64,000 nucleotides of DNA from Patescibacteria group bacterium (GTDB lineage Bacteria; Patescibacteriota; Patescibacteriia; UBA9934): the NCBI GenBank assembly GCA_041659765.1, contig JBAZXR010000001.1:531338-595337 (forward strand), given 5' to 3'. Numbering within the stretch: position 1 is the first letter of the stretch; each line of letters begins with the position of its first letter. The notes beneath the pieces are model-generated. The model did no database searches and was not told the DNA's origin. It saw only the letters and a list, made by a program, of their open reading frames with translations. Below are positions 28,501 through 37,306 of the stretch, in pieces. Position numbers and translations under genes: made by a program.

Positions 28501-31210
28501 CACGGATGCGAACGGCTTCATCAGCCAGACGGTGCTGGACGGATTCGATCGTCCTATCACAGAAAAGAAACCAAATCCGTCATCGCCGGCGTCACTCTTG
28601 AACGTTCGCACGTTCTCATATGACGACGTAAGTTTCCCTTCTTCGATCCATGAATCAGACCTGTTCGACGGTTTAATACAGAAAGAAACCTACACGTATT
28701 TTGACGGTTTCAGCCGGCCAGTGCAGACCCGCGAAGAAGCGGCCAGCAGCTACAGCGTGATCGACACCGCGTATGACGAACGTGGAGATGTGAAGAAGGC
28801 CTCCCTTCCCTATTCTTCTGCCGGCTCAGGCCACACGAGCCCAACCACTACCGTCGCGCTCTACGAGACTTACGCCCGTGACGCACTACATCGTCTCACC
28901 AGCAAAACAAATGCTGCAGGAAGCACCGTCACGAGTTACGACGAAGGTATTTCAACAGAAACAGACGCGGAAAATAACACCAAGAAATATCACTGGGATG
29001 GTTTCGGTCGGCTCGAGAGTGTCATTGAAGTCATCGATGCGACCGAGCTCGAAACGTCTTACGAGTACGATGCTGCCGGAAATCTTACCGGACTAACAGA
29101 CGCGGAAAATAACATTCGCACGTTTGCATACAACGGCCTTGGCAACCGGACTGCGATGACTGATCTCCACGCAAGCGGCGATATTTATTTTGGCGAATGG
29201 AGCTACGGTTTCGATCCCCTGGGCAACATGATTCAAGCCGTGAGCCCGAACGGTGTCACCACTACCTACGCGTACGACGAGCTCAATCGCCTTAAAACAG
29301 AAAACGCCTCCGGCACTAGCGGCACAGACCTCACGTACACCTATGATTCCTGCACGAACGGTGTTGGCAAGCGTTGCTCCGCTGCGGTTCTGGGAGGCGC
29401 AACCACCGCCTACACGTATGACGCGTTGGGACGCACGGCGACTGAAGTAAAAACCATCAGCGGCATTGGCTACACCACCGCCTACGCGTACGATCGCCAG
29501 AACAACGTGTCGACCGTCACCTACCCAGACACCAGCACGGCAACCTACGCGCTCAATAGCGCCGGGCAGATTACTTCTGCAGCGTTCGATGACGTTCACG
29601 GAGCTCCCGTCACCGAAGTCAGCAGCATTACCTACGGTCCGCACGGCAAAGTGACGGCAGCTACTTACGGCAACGGAGTTACTTCCACCTGGAGCTATGA
29701 TGCAGCAGAGCTCTATCGCCTCCAGAACAAGACCACCACGTCAGGCACGAATGGCATCGAAAACTTCATCTACGGTTATGATAACGTAGGCAATCTTGCA
29801 ACACTCGCAGACGCTTCATCGCTCTACGGCAGCCTGGCCATCACCTACGGCTACGATGACCTCTACCGCCTCACGGGTGCCGACTCCGTCAGCGCAGACA
29901 GTGCGCTCGACTACACAAAAACCTGGTCCTACACGGACATTGGCAACATTGTCTCTTCCTCAGACAAGGGTTCTTATACGTACGGCGGCACAGCCTCCGG
30001 CAACTACGCCAACCCTCACGCCCCTACTCACATTGGCAGCAGCACCACGCTGACGTACGACTACAATGGCAACATGACCGGTGACGGGACGTGGACAAAT
30101 ACTTGGGATCATCGGAATCAGCTTCTCACTTCAGTAGACGGAACAACGACGGTCACTTATCAGTACGACGACGCTGGTAACCGTGTGGTCCAGGATGGCT
30201 CGGGTGCGACCAGAATCTATCCGAATTCGTATTACTCCGTAGACGGATCCAACGTCGATCGCAACATTCTCGTCGGCGCCCTCGGCTCCGTAGCCACCTC
30301 AAACTGGAATGGTACAGTCGACAGCATCACCTACCATCACACTGACCACCTCGGTGGAACCCATATTGAAACCAACGAAAACGGGGCTACGGTTGAGTAC
30401 ATCATCTATTCTCCATTCGGTGGAACGCTCGTTGACGTAAAAACCGGAGCGTATGAGAACAAAAACAAATACACAGGAAAAGAAAAGGATATAGATACAG
30501 GTTGGTATTATTACGGTGCACGTTATTACAATGCGGAGAATGGAGTATTCTTGAGTGAGGACCCGGTGTTCTTGAACATGGGAACTTCGAATCATGAGTC
30601 CGAACAGAAACGTGTACTTACAGATCCTCAGCTTGGCAACAGTTACGCATACGCACGTGAGAATCCAATCACATATGTGGACCCCAACGGAGAGTTCATC
30701 CCTGTACTGGTGGCCGGACTTCTAGCAATGGCTCCTGAGATCGCTACAACGAGTGCGATCATAGCGAGTGGCGTTGGAGTTGCGGTCTTGGGCAACGCCC
30801 TAGACGTCGCCAGAAATCCGAATTCAAGCATGGTCGAGAGGCTGATGGCTGGAGCAGACGTAGCGGGCATAATTACCCCGTTTGGTGCGACCGAAAGACT
30901 CGGCACCCAAGGCTTCAGATCATTCACCGCATTCAAACGATTTGCCGGAGCGGCGGGCGAAGGACGGCAATGGCACCATATCGTCGAACAAAGTGCATCT
31001 AATATTGAACGATTTGGAGGGCAGGCAATCCACAGTACAGACAACCTCATCAGTCTTCCAAAAGAAATCCATCAACAAGTCAGTGGATATTATTCTTCAA
31101 AAATTCCTGAACTAACCGGAAATCAAACGGTTCGAGAGTGGCTCAGGCCACAATCCTTCGAAAAACAGGTAGAATTCGGCAAACGGATGCTCGATAAATT
31201 CACCAAGTAA
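25538..31210 (+). CDS. Secreted SpvB/FG-GAP/YD-Rhs polymorphic toxin with an HNH-like C-terminal domain
   Basis: Signal peptide, G.FSYSYPI.VPPGR, DVNGDG repeats, YD repeats, NP..YVDPNG core end, WHHIVEQ. Confidence 0.9.
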   Translation: MRKLLRSGFIATLCVLATTLPVRAIEQDSSPFIASTPVRVAPEDSSGSFSYSYPISVPPGRNAMQPNISLSYNSGVADDASITGYGWSPSIPKIERVNKRGVDKLYNRHDFTSSLGGELVDVLLSDGSHGTYAVKVENGNFLTYVYNTNETWTVTDMLGTQYTFGGSSNSRVIDPANSSHVFSWYLTETRDTNDNVVTYSYSSTNNQVYPSNINYTGHANTAGIFDIAFTLEASSTTNESFATGFSVKTGQRISAITVKVNNTNVRIYDINYTVGDNTTRPLLSSITETGIDEASNSITKPATTFTYSASHRTWTEDTTASIPIAIAAGGASSIGTFVFDVNGDSLPDIVKSLIIDNGGTPIIERGVYLNDGNNNWVEDAGYTIPVYFAGNGYDQGVRIADFNGDGYQDILKARRDQNTGVLYSEVYINDGDGTGWTQDTTVVIPTAFDNSTRIFDVNGDGLPDIVYGRMNQWTAAIESEFYINNGDGTGWTLDGNYVLPINISTEKGKDAAFRTADVNGDGLTDLLQAVSTTNEVYINKGNGTGWIKNTSYVIPATFLATGKDTGTRLLDINGDGLTDVFHSRLDSTGNPESNLYINRGGEEGWVEDTNFQGAPVAMTTSAGADRGVREDNFSGSMLTDFMHSVRTGTPEVLYTYLFVQDGGRGDLLTSVSSTSGATTDVAYTSSTVPNPSLPFSLQVVDTITTDDGFGNVSTQSYTYENGSFYYNNEYDRKFAGFGKVTTTDGLGNVTISYYHQGNTSDSAHGEATDDVSKLLHRYREEQYDSNGNLYRTTIDTWVNTDIGNGRDFVYKTQTLVMDYDGDADHRDTAVRYTYNTNNGNLVEKIEYGLGTGNDNGSFTDSGTDDRTTAYAYAQWTSGESGYLASETLTDHVIDTIRRTTRFYDGNTTNAVSIGNVTREVKKISATENAETNFAYDAYGFRTAVIDANGNTTTITPDAVELYPASVTNDLSQVTEYVYDYSSGKVIETTDANGFISQTVLDGFDRPITEKKPNPSSPASLLNVRTFSYDDVSFPSSIHESDLFDGLIQKETYTYFDGFSRPVQTREEAASSYSVIDTAYDERGDVKKASLPYSSAGSGHTSPTTTVALYETYARDALHRLTSKTNAAGSTVTSYDEGISTETDAENNTKKYHWDGFGRLESVIEVIDATELETSYEYDAAGNLTGLTDAENNIRTFAYNGLGNRTAMTDLHASGDIYFGEWSYGFDPLGNMIQAVSPNGVTTTYAYDELNRLKTENASGTSGTDLTYTYDSCTNGVGKRCSAAVLGGATTAYTYDALGRTATEVKTISGIGYTTAYAYDRQNNVSTVTYPDTSTATYALNSAGQITSAAFDDVHGAPVTEVSSITYGPHGKVTAATYGNGVTSTWSYDAAELYRLQNKTTTSGTNGIENFIYGYDNVGNLATLADASSLYGSLAITYGYDDLYRLTGADSVSADSALDYTKTWSYTDIGNIVSSSDKGSYTYGGTASGNYANPHAPTHIGSSTTLTYDYNGNMTGDGTWTNTWDHRNQLLTSVDGTTTVTYQYDDAGNRVVQDGSGATRIYPNSYYSVDGSNVDRNILVGALGSVATSNWNGTVDSITYHHTDHLGGTHIETNENGATVEYIIYSPFGGTLVDVKTGAYENKNKYTGKEKDIDTGWYYYGARYYNAENGVFLSEDPVFLNMGTSNHESEQKRVLTDPQLGNSYAYARENPITYVDPNGEFIPVLVAGLLAMAPEIATTSAIIASGVGVAVLGNALDVARNPNSSMVERLMAGADVAGIITPFGATERLGTQGFRSFTAFKRFAGAAGEGRQWHHIVEQSASNIERFGGQAIHSTDNLISLPKEIHQQVSGYYSSKIPELTGNQTVREWLRPQSFEKQVEFGKRMLDKFTK

Positions 31211-31213
31211 TAC

Positions 31214-31609
31214 ATGAATATGAGTAATCAACTATCTCCATCAAACAAAAAAACGCTTCTCTTGAGCCTCAATACACTCATTCGAAAGAACGGTGCGGAA
31301 TCACTAAATAGGATCGCTAATAATGAATACGAGAAGCTATTCTTTTATCCTCCAAATGAAAAGCTAACGGGAACAGAATCAGAAATGTTAATAGCCCTCC
31401 AGAAGAATCCGGCCATCTATCCTGTACTTCAAAAAATTATCACAAACGAATCTGCACGGGTAATTTTTGAACTACTCAATTGGGTGGATGGAACCGGCGA
31501 TCCAGATGGACCATGGAGCGGAGTAGCTCTCGTCGATAGAACGAGTGATGAAGACACGGAGATGCTGCATGATGCATTCTTGGAGGCTTACTGGGAGACA
31601 CAATCCTGA
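31214..31609 (+). CDS. Probable cognate immunity protein
   Basis: Small acidic, AT-richer ORF 3 bp after the toxin stop. Confidence 0.7.
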   Translation: MNMSNQLSPSNKKTLLLSLNTLIRKNGAESLNRIANNEYEKLFFYPPNEKLTGTESEMLIALQKNPAIYPVLQKIITNESARVIFELLNWVDGTGDPDGPWSGVALVDRTSDEDTEMLHDAFLEAYWETQS

Positions 31610-31635
31610 TCCACCAAACACAAAACCACCCTCAT

Positions 31636-32220
31636 GATCTCTACCTCCTCACAAATGCCGACTCCGTCAGCGCAGACAGTGCGCTCGACTACACAAAAAC
31701 CTGGTCCTACACGGGCATTGGCAACATTGCCTCTTCCTCAGATAAGGGTTCTTATACGTACGGCGGCACAGCCTCCGGCAACTACGCCAACCCTCACGCC
31801 CCTACTCACATTGGCAGCAGCACCACGCTGACGTACGACTACAATGGCAACATGACCGGTGACGGGACGTGGACAAATACTTGGGATCATCGGAATCAGC
31901 TTCTCACTTCAGTAGACGGAACAACGACGGTCACTTATCAGTACGACGATGCCGGTAGTCGTGTTCTTCGGGACGGCTCGGGTGCAGCGAGAATCTATCC
32001 GAACTCTTATTACTCGGTAGACGGCACGAATGTTGATCGCAACATCCTCGTCGGCGCTCTCGGATCCGTCGCAACATCGACTTGGAACGCTTCTACTGCC
32101 ACGACCATCTACCATCACACGGACCACTTTGGTGGAACACACGTCGAAACGGATGAGAACGGTGATGCAATCGAATACAACATCTACTCCCCCAACCCAA
32201 AATCGCTTGAAAATGAGTAA
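31636..32220 (+). pseudogene. Orphan Rhs core fragment, truncated at the direct repeat
   Basis: Near-identical to about 29858-30413 at its 5' end, diverging toward the 3' end; no N-terminus or toxin tip. Confidence 0.8.
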
Positions 32221-32223
32221 ACA

Positions 32224-32254
32224 GAAAACCGTCGAGCTGAGCTCGACGGTTTTC
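32224..32254. terminator. Bidirectional terminator
   Basis: GAAAACCGTCGAGC-T-GAGCTCGACGGTTTTC. Confidence 0.75.
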
Positions 32255-32255
32255 G

Positions 32256-33416
32256 TTATCGGGTTGCGAGAACGGGCTTTGCTTGGCTCGCGTGCTCTTC
32301 GTAGACATGAAGCGTCTTCTTCGAAATCGCGTCCCAGTTGAACGTGTCCTCTACATAATGACGAGCCACGTGTCCCATGGAGGCGGCCTTCATAGGGTCC
32401 TCTGTTAGCTCGATAATCTTCTCGGCGAGTTCGTTAATATTTCCCGGCTTGAATGGAATACCGTGGTCACCAATTGCCTCCATGTTCTCCGGAATACTCG
32501 CGGCAATCACAGCCTTGCCGTAGCTCATCGCTTCAAGAATGGCGATCGAGAGGCCTTCGCTGATGGAAGGGTGCACGATGAACCGGGAGCCCATGAAGAT
32601 GGACTCAAGCGTTTCTCCGCGCTGGTAACCGGTGAAGATAATTGAATCATCGCCCTTTGCCATCTCCTTCAGTTCTCGAACATACGCGTCCGTAAAAGCT
32701 GAGTCTCCCACGATTGCGAGCTTCAAATCTTTGAAAAGCTCTGGTCGGAGTTCGCGGGCCTTCTTCCAGCCAGAAATAAGCGTGTGCTGGCCCTTGTGGC
32801 GGACAAGTCGCGACACCATGGCGATGTACCCAAATGGCTCAAGCTTAAATGGCTTGAGTAAAATTGGGTCAGCGGAGGCTCGACGTGGCGAAATACCGTT
32901 AGGGATATACGTGGCAGTGACGCCGTATTCTTTCTTCACGTAGTCGCGAAGAACTTTCGATACTGTGATCGTTTCGTGCGGAAAAGTAATGGCGCAGTAT
33001 TCACCCAAATGCAACATCAAACGCGCCAACGGATTCCATTTATCATGGAAGCGGTCAATGGCGTGGAATGTAACCACCACGCGGGCGCGAGGGGCTAGGA
33101 CGCGAGGAATCCACGAGAGCAGGGACTGCCCGACTCCGTGAAAATGGTAGACGTCCGGACGTACAAAGAAACAGGCGTGCATGGTTGAAAGAAAAGTATG
33201 CGAAATTGCGTCCAGCATCTTCGTCTTAATGCTCGGCAAGCGAACAACCCGGATACCGTTAAACATTTTTGTACCGCGCGGCGTATACCAAAAACGCGCG
33301 TAAGCAATTACGGTGTTGTCGAGTCTCACCAAGCGGGTAGCCAACTCCGTGACATGCGTTTCCACGCCGCCGAAAATATTTGGCACTCCCTTTTGTCCAA
33401 TCATGGCAATTTTCAT
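32256..33416 (-). CDS. Glycosyltransferase family 4
   Basis: GGVETHV and EGLSIAILEAMSYG motifs. Confidence 0.9.
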   Translation of the reverse strand: MKIAMIGQKGVPNIFGGVETHVTELATRLVRLDNTVIAYARFWYTPRGTKMFNGIRVVRLPSIKTKMLDAISHTFLSTMHACFFVRPDVYHFHGVGQSLLSWIPRVLAPRARVVVTFHAIDRFHDKWNPLARLMLHLGEYCAITFPHETITVSKVLRDYVKKEYGVTATYIPNGISPRRASADPILLKPFKLEPFGYIAMVSRLVRHKGQHTLISGWKKARELRPELFKDLKLAIVGDSAFTDAYVRELKEMAKGDDSIIFTGYQRGETLESIFMGSRFIVHPSISEGLSIAILEAMSYGKAVIAASIPENMEAIGDHGIPFKPGNINELAEKIIELTEDPMKAASMGHVARHYVEDTFNWDAISKKTLHVYEEHASQAKPVLATR

Positions 33417-33507
33417 AACCGCCAATCTTAGCAGAAAAATGGCTTTCTGTCAACCCAAAACTCGCCTTTTTTCGCTAGGTTCAGCGGTAAGTATAGCCTA
33501 CTTTTGG

Positions 33508-33536
33508 TTGACTTTTCGCTCAAAAAATGGTACTGT
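33508..33536 (+). promoter_or_regulatory. sigma70 promoter of cassette A
   Basis: TTGACT-N17-TACTGT with extended TG. Confidence 0.6.
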
Positions 33537-33579
33537 GTGTAGTCGACCTCGCGTTGAGGTTGCACATTAAGGAGACGTC

Positions 33580-34026
33580 ATGAAAGTGCTCACCTGTGAC
33601 AAAGTTCTTGGTTGGCCGACGCGAGCAAACAACCTGTACCTCGCGCTCCAGTACACAATCGAGATCCTACAGCTCTCGATCACCGCGTCGAAACGCGCAA
33701 AAAAGGCGAACATCGAGTTCGTCTGGCAGCTGATCGAGAAGTCCGAGGTCGAGTACCTGAATGAAGAGATTTTTACCAAGAAAGACCTGTCGGAAATAAA
33801 AGAGAGTCTGGGCAAGGATGGGCCGAAACTGGGCGTGCAGCTCTCCTGGGAGCTCAAGATCGCGCTCGGGATCCCAACCAATGGCACGGAACCACGCGAA
33901 CGCGCAATTCCGAGCGAAGCCCTGCCCACGGTCAAAGAGCTGAACGAACGGATCAACCGTCTCATCTGGCTCCGCGACAACTACGACGCCGTGAAAGCGG
34001 GGCTGAAGGCCTTCGACAGTCCGTGA
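33580..34026 (+). CDS. Free-standing RNA polymerase alpha-CTD-like protein
   Basis: Gapless by-eye match to the RpoA CTD pattern; SD AAGGAGA. Confidence 0.7.
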   Translation: MKVLTCDKVLGWPTRANNLYLALQYTIEILQLSITASKRAKKANIEFVWQLIEKSEVEYLNEEIFTKKDLSEIKESLGKDGPKLGVQLSWELKIALGIPTNGTEPRERAIPSEALPTVKELNERINRLIWLRDNYDAVKAGLKAFDSP

Positions 34027-34047
34027 CGCTCAAGCATACGACAACAA

Positions 34048-34108
34048 AACACCCCACCCTCTCACCGGCACGAGCCGGAACGTTGAGAGAACGGGGTGTT
34101 GTTTTTTT
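34048..34108 (+). terminator. Conserved bulged 3' stem-loop, copy A
   Basis: CACCCC-CTCTCA-CCGGC/GCCGG-AACGTT-GAGAG-GGGGTG then T-tract. Confidence 0.75.
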
Positions 34109-34931
34109 ATTTTGGCTCAATGACGACTACTCGAGTAGCACCGTTGGCTGGGTCGCCGTTGTTCCAGTCACCGATGGCGGACATGAAGATGCCTTCGTTA
34201 TAGGAGTAGTTTTCGCCGTGGCGGGTGCCGGGATCGTTCGTGATAAATTTTCCGTCTTTGGTGTAGCCGCGGATAACTAGCATGTGATAGAGCGGGCCCT
34301 CGCCTGTAAAGAACGGATTGCCGAGCTCTCGACCGGCGGCGGGAACAATGATGGGATAGCCTTTGCGCAAAAGTTCCTTGAGTTCTTCCGCGGTCGGATC
34401 CTCAACTACACGCGCCGAAAAATCAGAATATTTTTGAATAGTGTCGACCGTCTGTTCGGCCGTCATACTTAGACCGTAACTCAAAGATTCTTCGAGCGTG
34501 GTCATCTTCAAATATTGGTCATCAGCAAATTGTGGGTCAACTGTTTTGGCTCCGCGGTAAAACTCGAGTGTCATCAAGATTGAAGCCTCCTCACAGGTTT
34601 CTTCATGATACGGATCCCAAATCATAAAGGGCGCCTGGGAGGCGAACGGGACCGCGAGATTGAATTCGATGGGAGACGCGGGAACATCGGCAGGCGGGGT
34701 TTCTAACCCCGCATCTGGTGTTCCCGTCGGGAGCGGCGCCGAAGGTGCGACAGGCTCCACAACTGGCGTCTCAACAATTTGGTCATGCGCCACGGAAGGA
34801 ACGGTGGCCGTGGGGACATCGGGCTGAGATAGATAGGATTTTACTTTTAATCCTCCAGCGATCACGACGATGATCAAAATCGGCCAAAAAGATTTCCACG
34901 TCAGTGATCGCTTTGCTTTGTATGGTTGCAT
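34107..34931 (-). CDS. Membrane-anchored C39-like cysteine peptidase
   Basis: VPF.SQ..CEEAS, H.LVI.GY and NDP motifs. Confidence 0.85.
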   Translation of the reverse strand: MQPYKAKRSLTWKSFWPILIIVVIAGGLKVKSYLSQPDVPTATVPSVAHDQIVETPVVEPVAPSAPLPTGTPDAGLETPPADVPASPIEFNLAVPFASQAPFMIWDPYHEETCEEASILMTLEFYRGAKTVDPQFADDQYLKMTTLEESLSYGLSMTAEQTVDTIQKYSDFSARVVEDPTAEELKELLRKGYPIIVPAAGRELGNPFFTGEGPLYHMLVIRGYTKDGKFITNDPGTRHGENYSYNEGIFMSAIGDWNNGDPANGATRVVVIEPK

Positions 34932-34932
34932 A

Positions 34933-36321
34933 CTATTTCAAGTTCTTCTCGGCCCATTCTTTCAAGAGGAGCGTAGCACGAACGTCATCTTCGTTGTACT
35001 CGATGATATCTTTAAGCGCAGCTTCATCACCCTTGGTCAGCCATTCGTTAAACCAGAGCACCGAGTTCAAGCCGGACGCGTCCTGGTGCCGCCACTTAAA
35101 GCCGAGGAACTGTGCAATGTCTTTTAGCGAATAGAACGAGAGCGGAAAGACGACCGCTTCGCGCAAACGAATCAGAAGATCAACGCCCTGTTCTTCGAGC
35201 ATCTGCAGCGTGTCGATGGGTGTTCCGTATTTCTCGCCGAGATCCTTGAATGTTGCCTGCTCGCTCCAACCGTAATGATAAATCGGCACGCCAGGATAAT
35301 TTTTCATGAACGCCACAAAATCTTCCCACGCCCTGCGCTCGTCCTTTGGATCTTTGGCTAGGAACGAATGGTACACGTCGATGCCATCGCCCTTCTCAAG
35401 CACGCCGAAGAGATAATGCACGTCGCGGAGTGGATCAGACTCGACGTCAACAATCAACGCGAGATCGCTCTTGGGAAGATCCACGGAACCGACCTTGAGA
35501 AATCTATTTTCGAGCAGTGCCCGAGCCTGCAGATGCAAAAAAGTTAGACGTTCGCGCGTGATGCCTGTCACCCTTCCCGCAATGAGATCCAGATGAAGAC
35601 GTGCGAAGTCTGTAACGGTCTTAAATCCCGCAGCTTCCAGCTCTTTCACCTCGCTCCGCCAGATTCTATTCAGACGCGACAAGGAATCACACTCGATAGC
35701 TTCTACTTTGCACGCGGAAAACCACGGCGACTGTTTGCAGTCGCTCGTCAAAAAATGCGGCTCCTCCTCCCCGTCCATAATTCTCTCAATCGAGTCGAGC
35801 GTCAGACGGTATTTCACCGCGGTCTCTTCGAGCAAGTAGCTCTCGACCTCTTTGTTGGGATGCATGATGTAACCCTGTAGTGGCCGAGTGCTCTGAATTA
35901 GGTTCAATAACTCTGCGTAGAAACACCCTTGAAGTCTATATTCATCTTTTAGTCGGCTAGACCGTTTAATGTCACAGGCTACGTAGTAATAGTCGCCAAG
36001 TTTTGACCGTCCCTCAACTCGCTCGAGAAGATCTGGTTCGGCAACAAATCGACCATGAACCAAGACTCCTCCGTAAATAGTCGGCGTGCCCTTCCTCATC
36101 TCTTCGAGAGTTTTTTCGAAGGCCTCCCCAACCTCCCCAACCCTCTCGACCTCCACCACCTTCTTCCCTTTTAGCATCTCCTTTTCATGCGATGGCAAAA
36201 GACCGTCCTGTTGGAGGCGGTCTTTTAGCTGATTCTCTGCCCTCGCCTCTTTAGCGTCATGAGAAATCCACGAGGGGCATTTGAGATACTGATAGAAATG
36301 TTTTTGAGTTATTCGTTTCAT
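34933..36321 (-). CDS. TM0106-family RecB-like nuclease with an RNase H-like C-terminal domain
   Basis: PD.L..DIK, DVES, YSLKDIA and YNEDDV motifs. Confidence 0.85.
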   Translation of the reverse strand: MKRITQKHFYQYLKCPSWISHDAKEARAENQLKDRLQQDGLLPSHEKEMLKGKKVVEVERVGEVGEAFEKTLEEMRKGTPTIYGGVLVHGRFVAEPDLLERVEGRSKLGDYYYVACDIKRSSRLKDEYRLQGCFYAELLNLIQSTRPLQGYIMHPNKEVESYLLEETAVKYRLTLDSIERIMDGEEEPHFLTSDCKQSPWFSACKVEAIECDSLSRLNRIWRSEVKELEAAGFKTVTDFARLHLDLIAGRVTGITRERLTFLHLQARALLENRFLKVGSVDLPKSDLALIVDVESDPLRDVHYLFGVLEKGDGIDVYHSFLAKDPKDERRAWEDFVAFMKNYPGVPIYHYGWSEQATFKDLGEKYGTPIDTLQMLEEQGVDLLIRLREAVVFPLSFYSLKDIAQFLGFKWRHQDASGLNSVLWFNEWLTKGDEAALKDIIEYNEDDVRATLLLKEWAEKNLK

Positions 36322-36989
36322 TTTACGTCTTCGACCGTCACTTTTACTATCTTCTGCTCAGCGAGCGGACGGTCGCCGCCATCAACCGTTGTTCCTGCAA
36401 TCGCATCAACGAACTCCAAGCCGGAAGTCACTTTGCCAAAAATGGAATAAAGATGAGGGAGCGGAACGTCCTGGTGCATGATAAAGAACTGGCTGCCGTT
36501 TGTATTCGGACCAGAGTTAGCCATGGCCACCGTGCCGCGCTCGTATGTATGGGTATCATTAAGTTCGTCTTCAAACTTATATCCCGGGCCGCCCATACCG
36601 GTACCGGTAGGATCTCCGCCCTGGATCATGAAGCCCTTAATAACACGGTGAAAAATTAGTCCGTCATAGTAACCCTTGCTCGCCAGCGAGACAAAGTTGG
36701 AAACTGTCAGCGGAGCAGTGTCTGGATAGAGCTGGATGACAATATCGCCCTTCGCAGTCGTTAAACGAATCTGCTTGTTTTCGATCTCGCTAGGGGTTAG
36801 TTTGCCTGGAAACGTGTTGGCCATAGGAGCAGTTGTTTTTGAAGATGAAAAATCCGACGATGGTTTTACCACAGCGTCGGAAGATTCGGAAGGGGTCGGT
36901 AACGTAACCGAACCCTGCACACAACCCGCGCCGAGAAAAAGCGGGGTTAATAACCCCGCCATCACGAAAGCAACAGGAGCAATGCGCAT
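36318..36989 (-). CDS. Cyclophilin-type peptidyl-prolyl isomerase with GAGC export motif
   Basis: FHRVIKGFMIQGGDP and NGSQFFI motifs. Confidence 0.92.
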   Translation of the reverse strand: MRIAPVAFVMAGLLTPLFLGAGCVQGSVTLPTPSESSDAVVKPSSDFSSSKTTAPMANTFPGKLTPSEIENKQIRLTTAKGDIVIQLYPDTAPLTVSNFVSLASKGYYDGLIFHRVIKGFMIQGGDPTGTGMGGPGYKFEDELNDTHTYERGTVAMANSGPNTNGSQFFIMHQDVPLPHLYSIFGKVTSGLEFVDAIAGTTVDGGDRPLAEQKIVKVTVEDVK

Positions 36990-36994
36990 AGAAT

Positions 36995-37270
36995 TTACTG
37001 TTGGTAAGTGAGTTGGGTCTTCAGCTGAGCTACCTCTGCGTGGGAGAGGTTCAGCGCGTAAACCGTAGTGAACAACACGGCTGACAACGAGAACACTAAC
37101 ACCAGCATGAGCGCCGTCAAATCCATACTGCCAACCGGCAAAAGGTGGCAGCTACGGCACACAGTTCCTGAGTGCGGCATGTTTGATGCCGTAGACATTA
37201 CTTTCGTCTTCATAGATTTTGCACGTGGCTTTTTTGCAGTTTGAATTGGCGTGGACATATCCTCCGACAT
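36995..37270 (-). CDS. Small membrane hypothetical protein
   Basis: CxxCH followed by one TM. Confidence 0.55.
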   Translation of the reverse strand: MSEDMSTPIQTAKKPRAKSMKTKVMSTASNMPHSGTVCRSCHLLPVGSMDLTALMLVLVFSLSAVLFTTVYALNLSHAEVAQLKTQLTYQQ

Positions 37271-37306
37271 AGAAGTATTCTTATGACTACCGCCCAAGTA
37301 TAACAT

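Larger units (their letters stand above)
25387..32220. mobile_element. Rhs island bounded by a perfect 38-bp direct repeat (25387-25424, 32183-32220)
   Basis: TCTACTCCCCCAACCCAAAATCGCTTGAAAATGAGTAA at both ends. Confidence 0.7.

Noticed and set aside
29858-32190. Possible DGR template/variable repeat pair
   Set aside because: Differences are not adenine-specific and no reverse transcriptase is in the window; it fits an orphan Rhs fragment.
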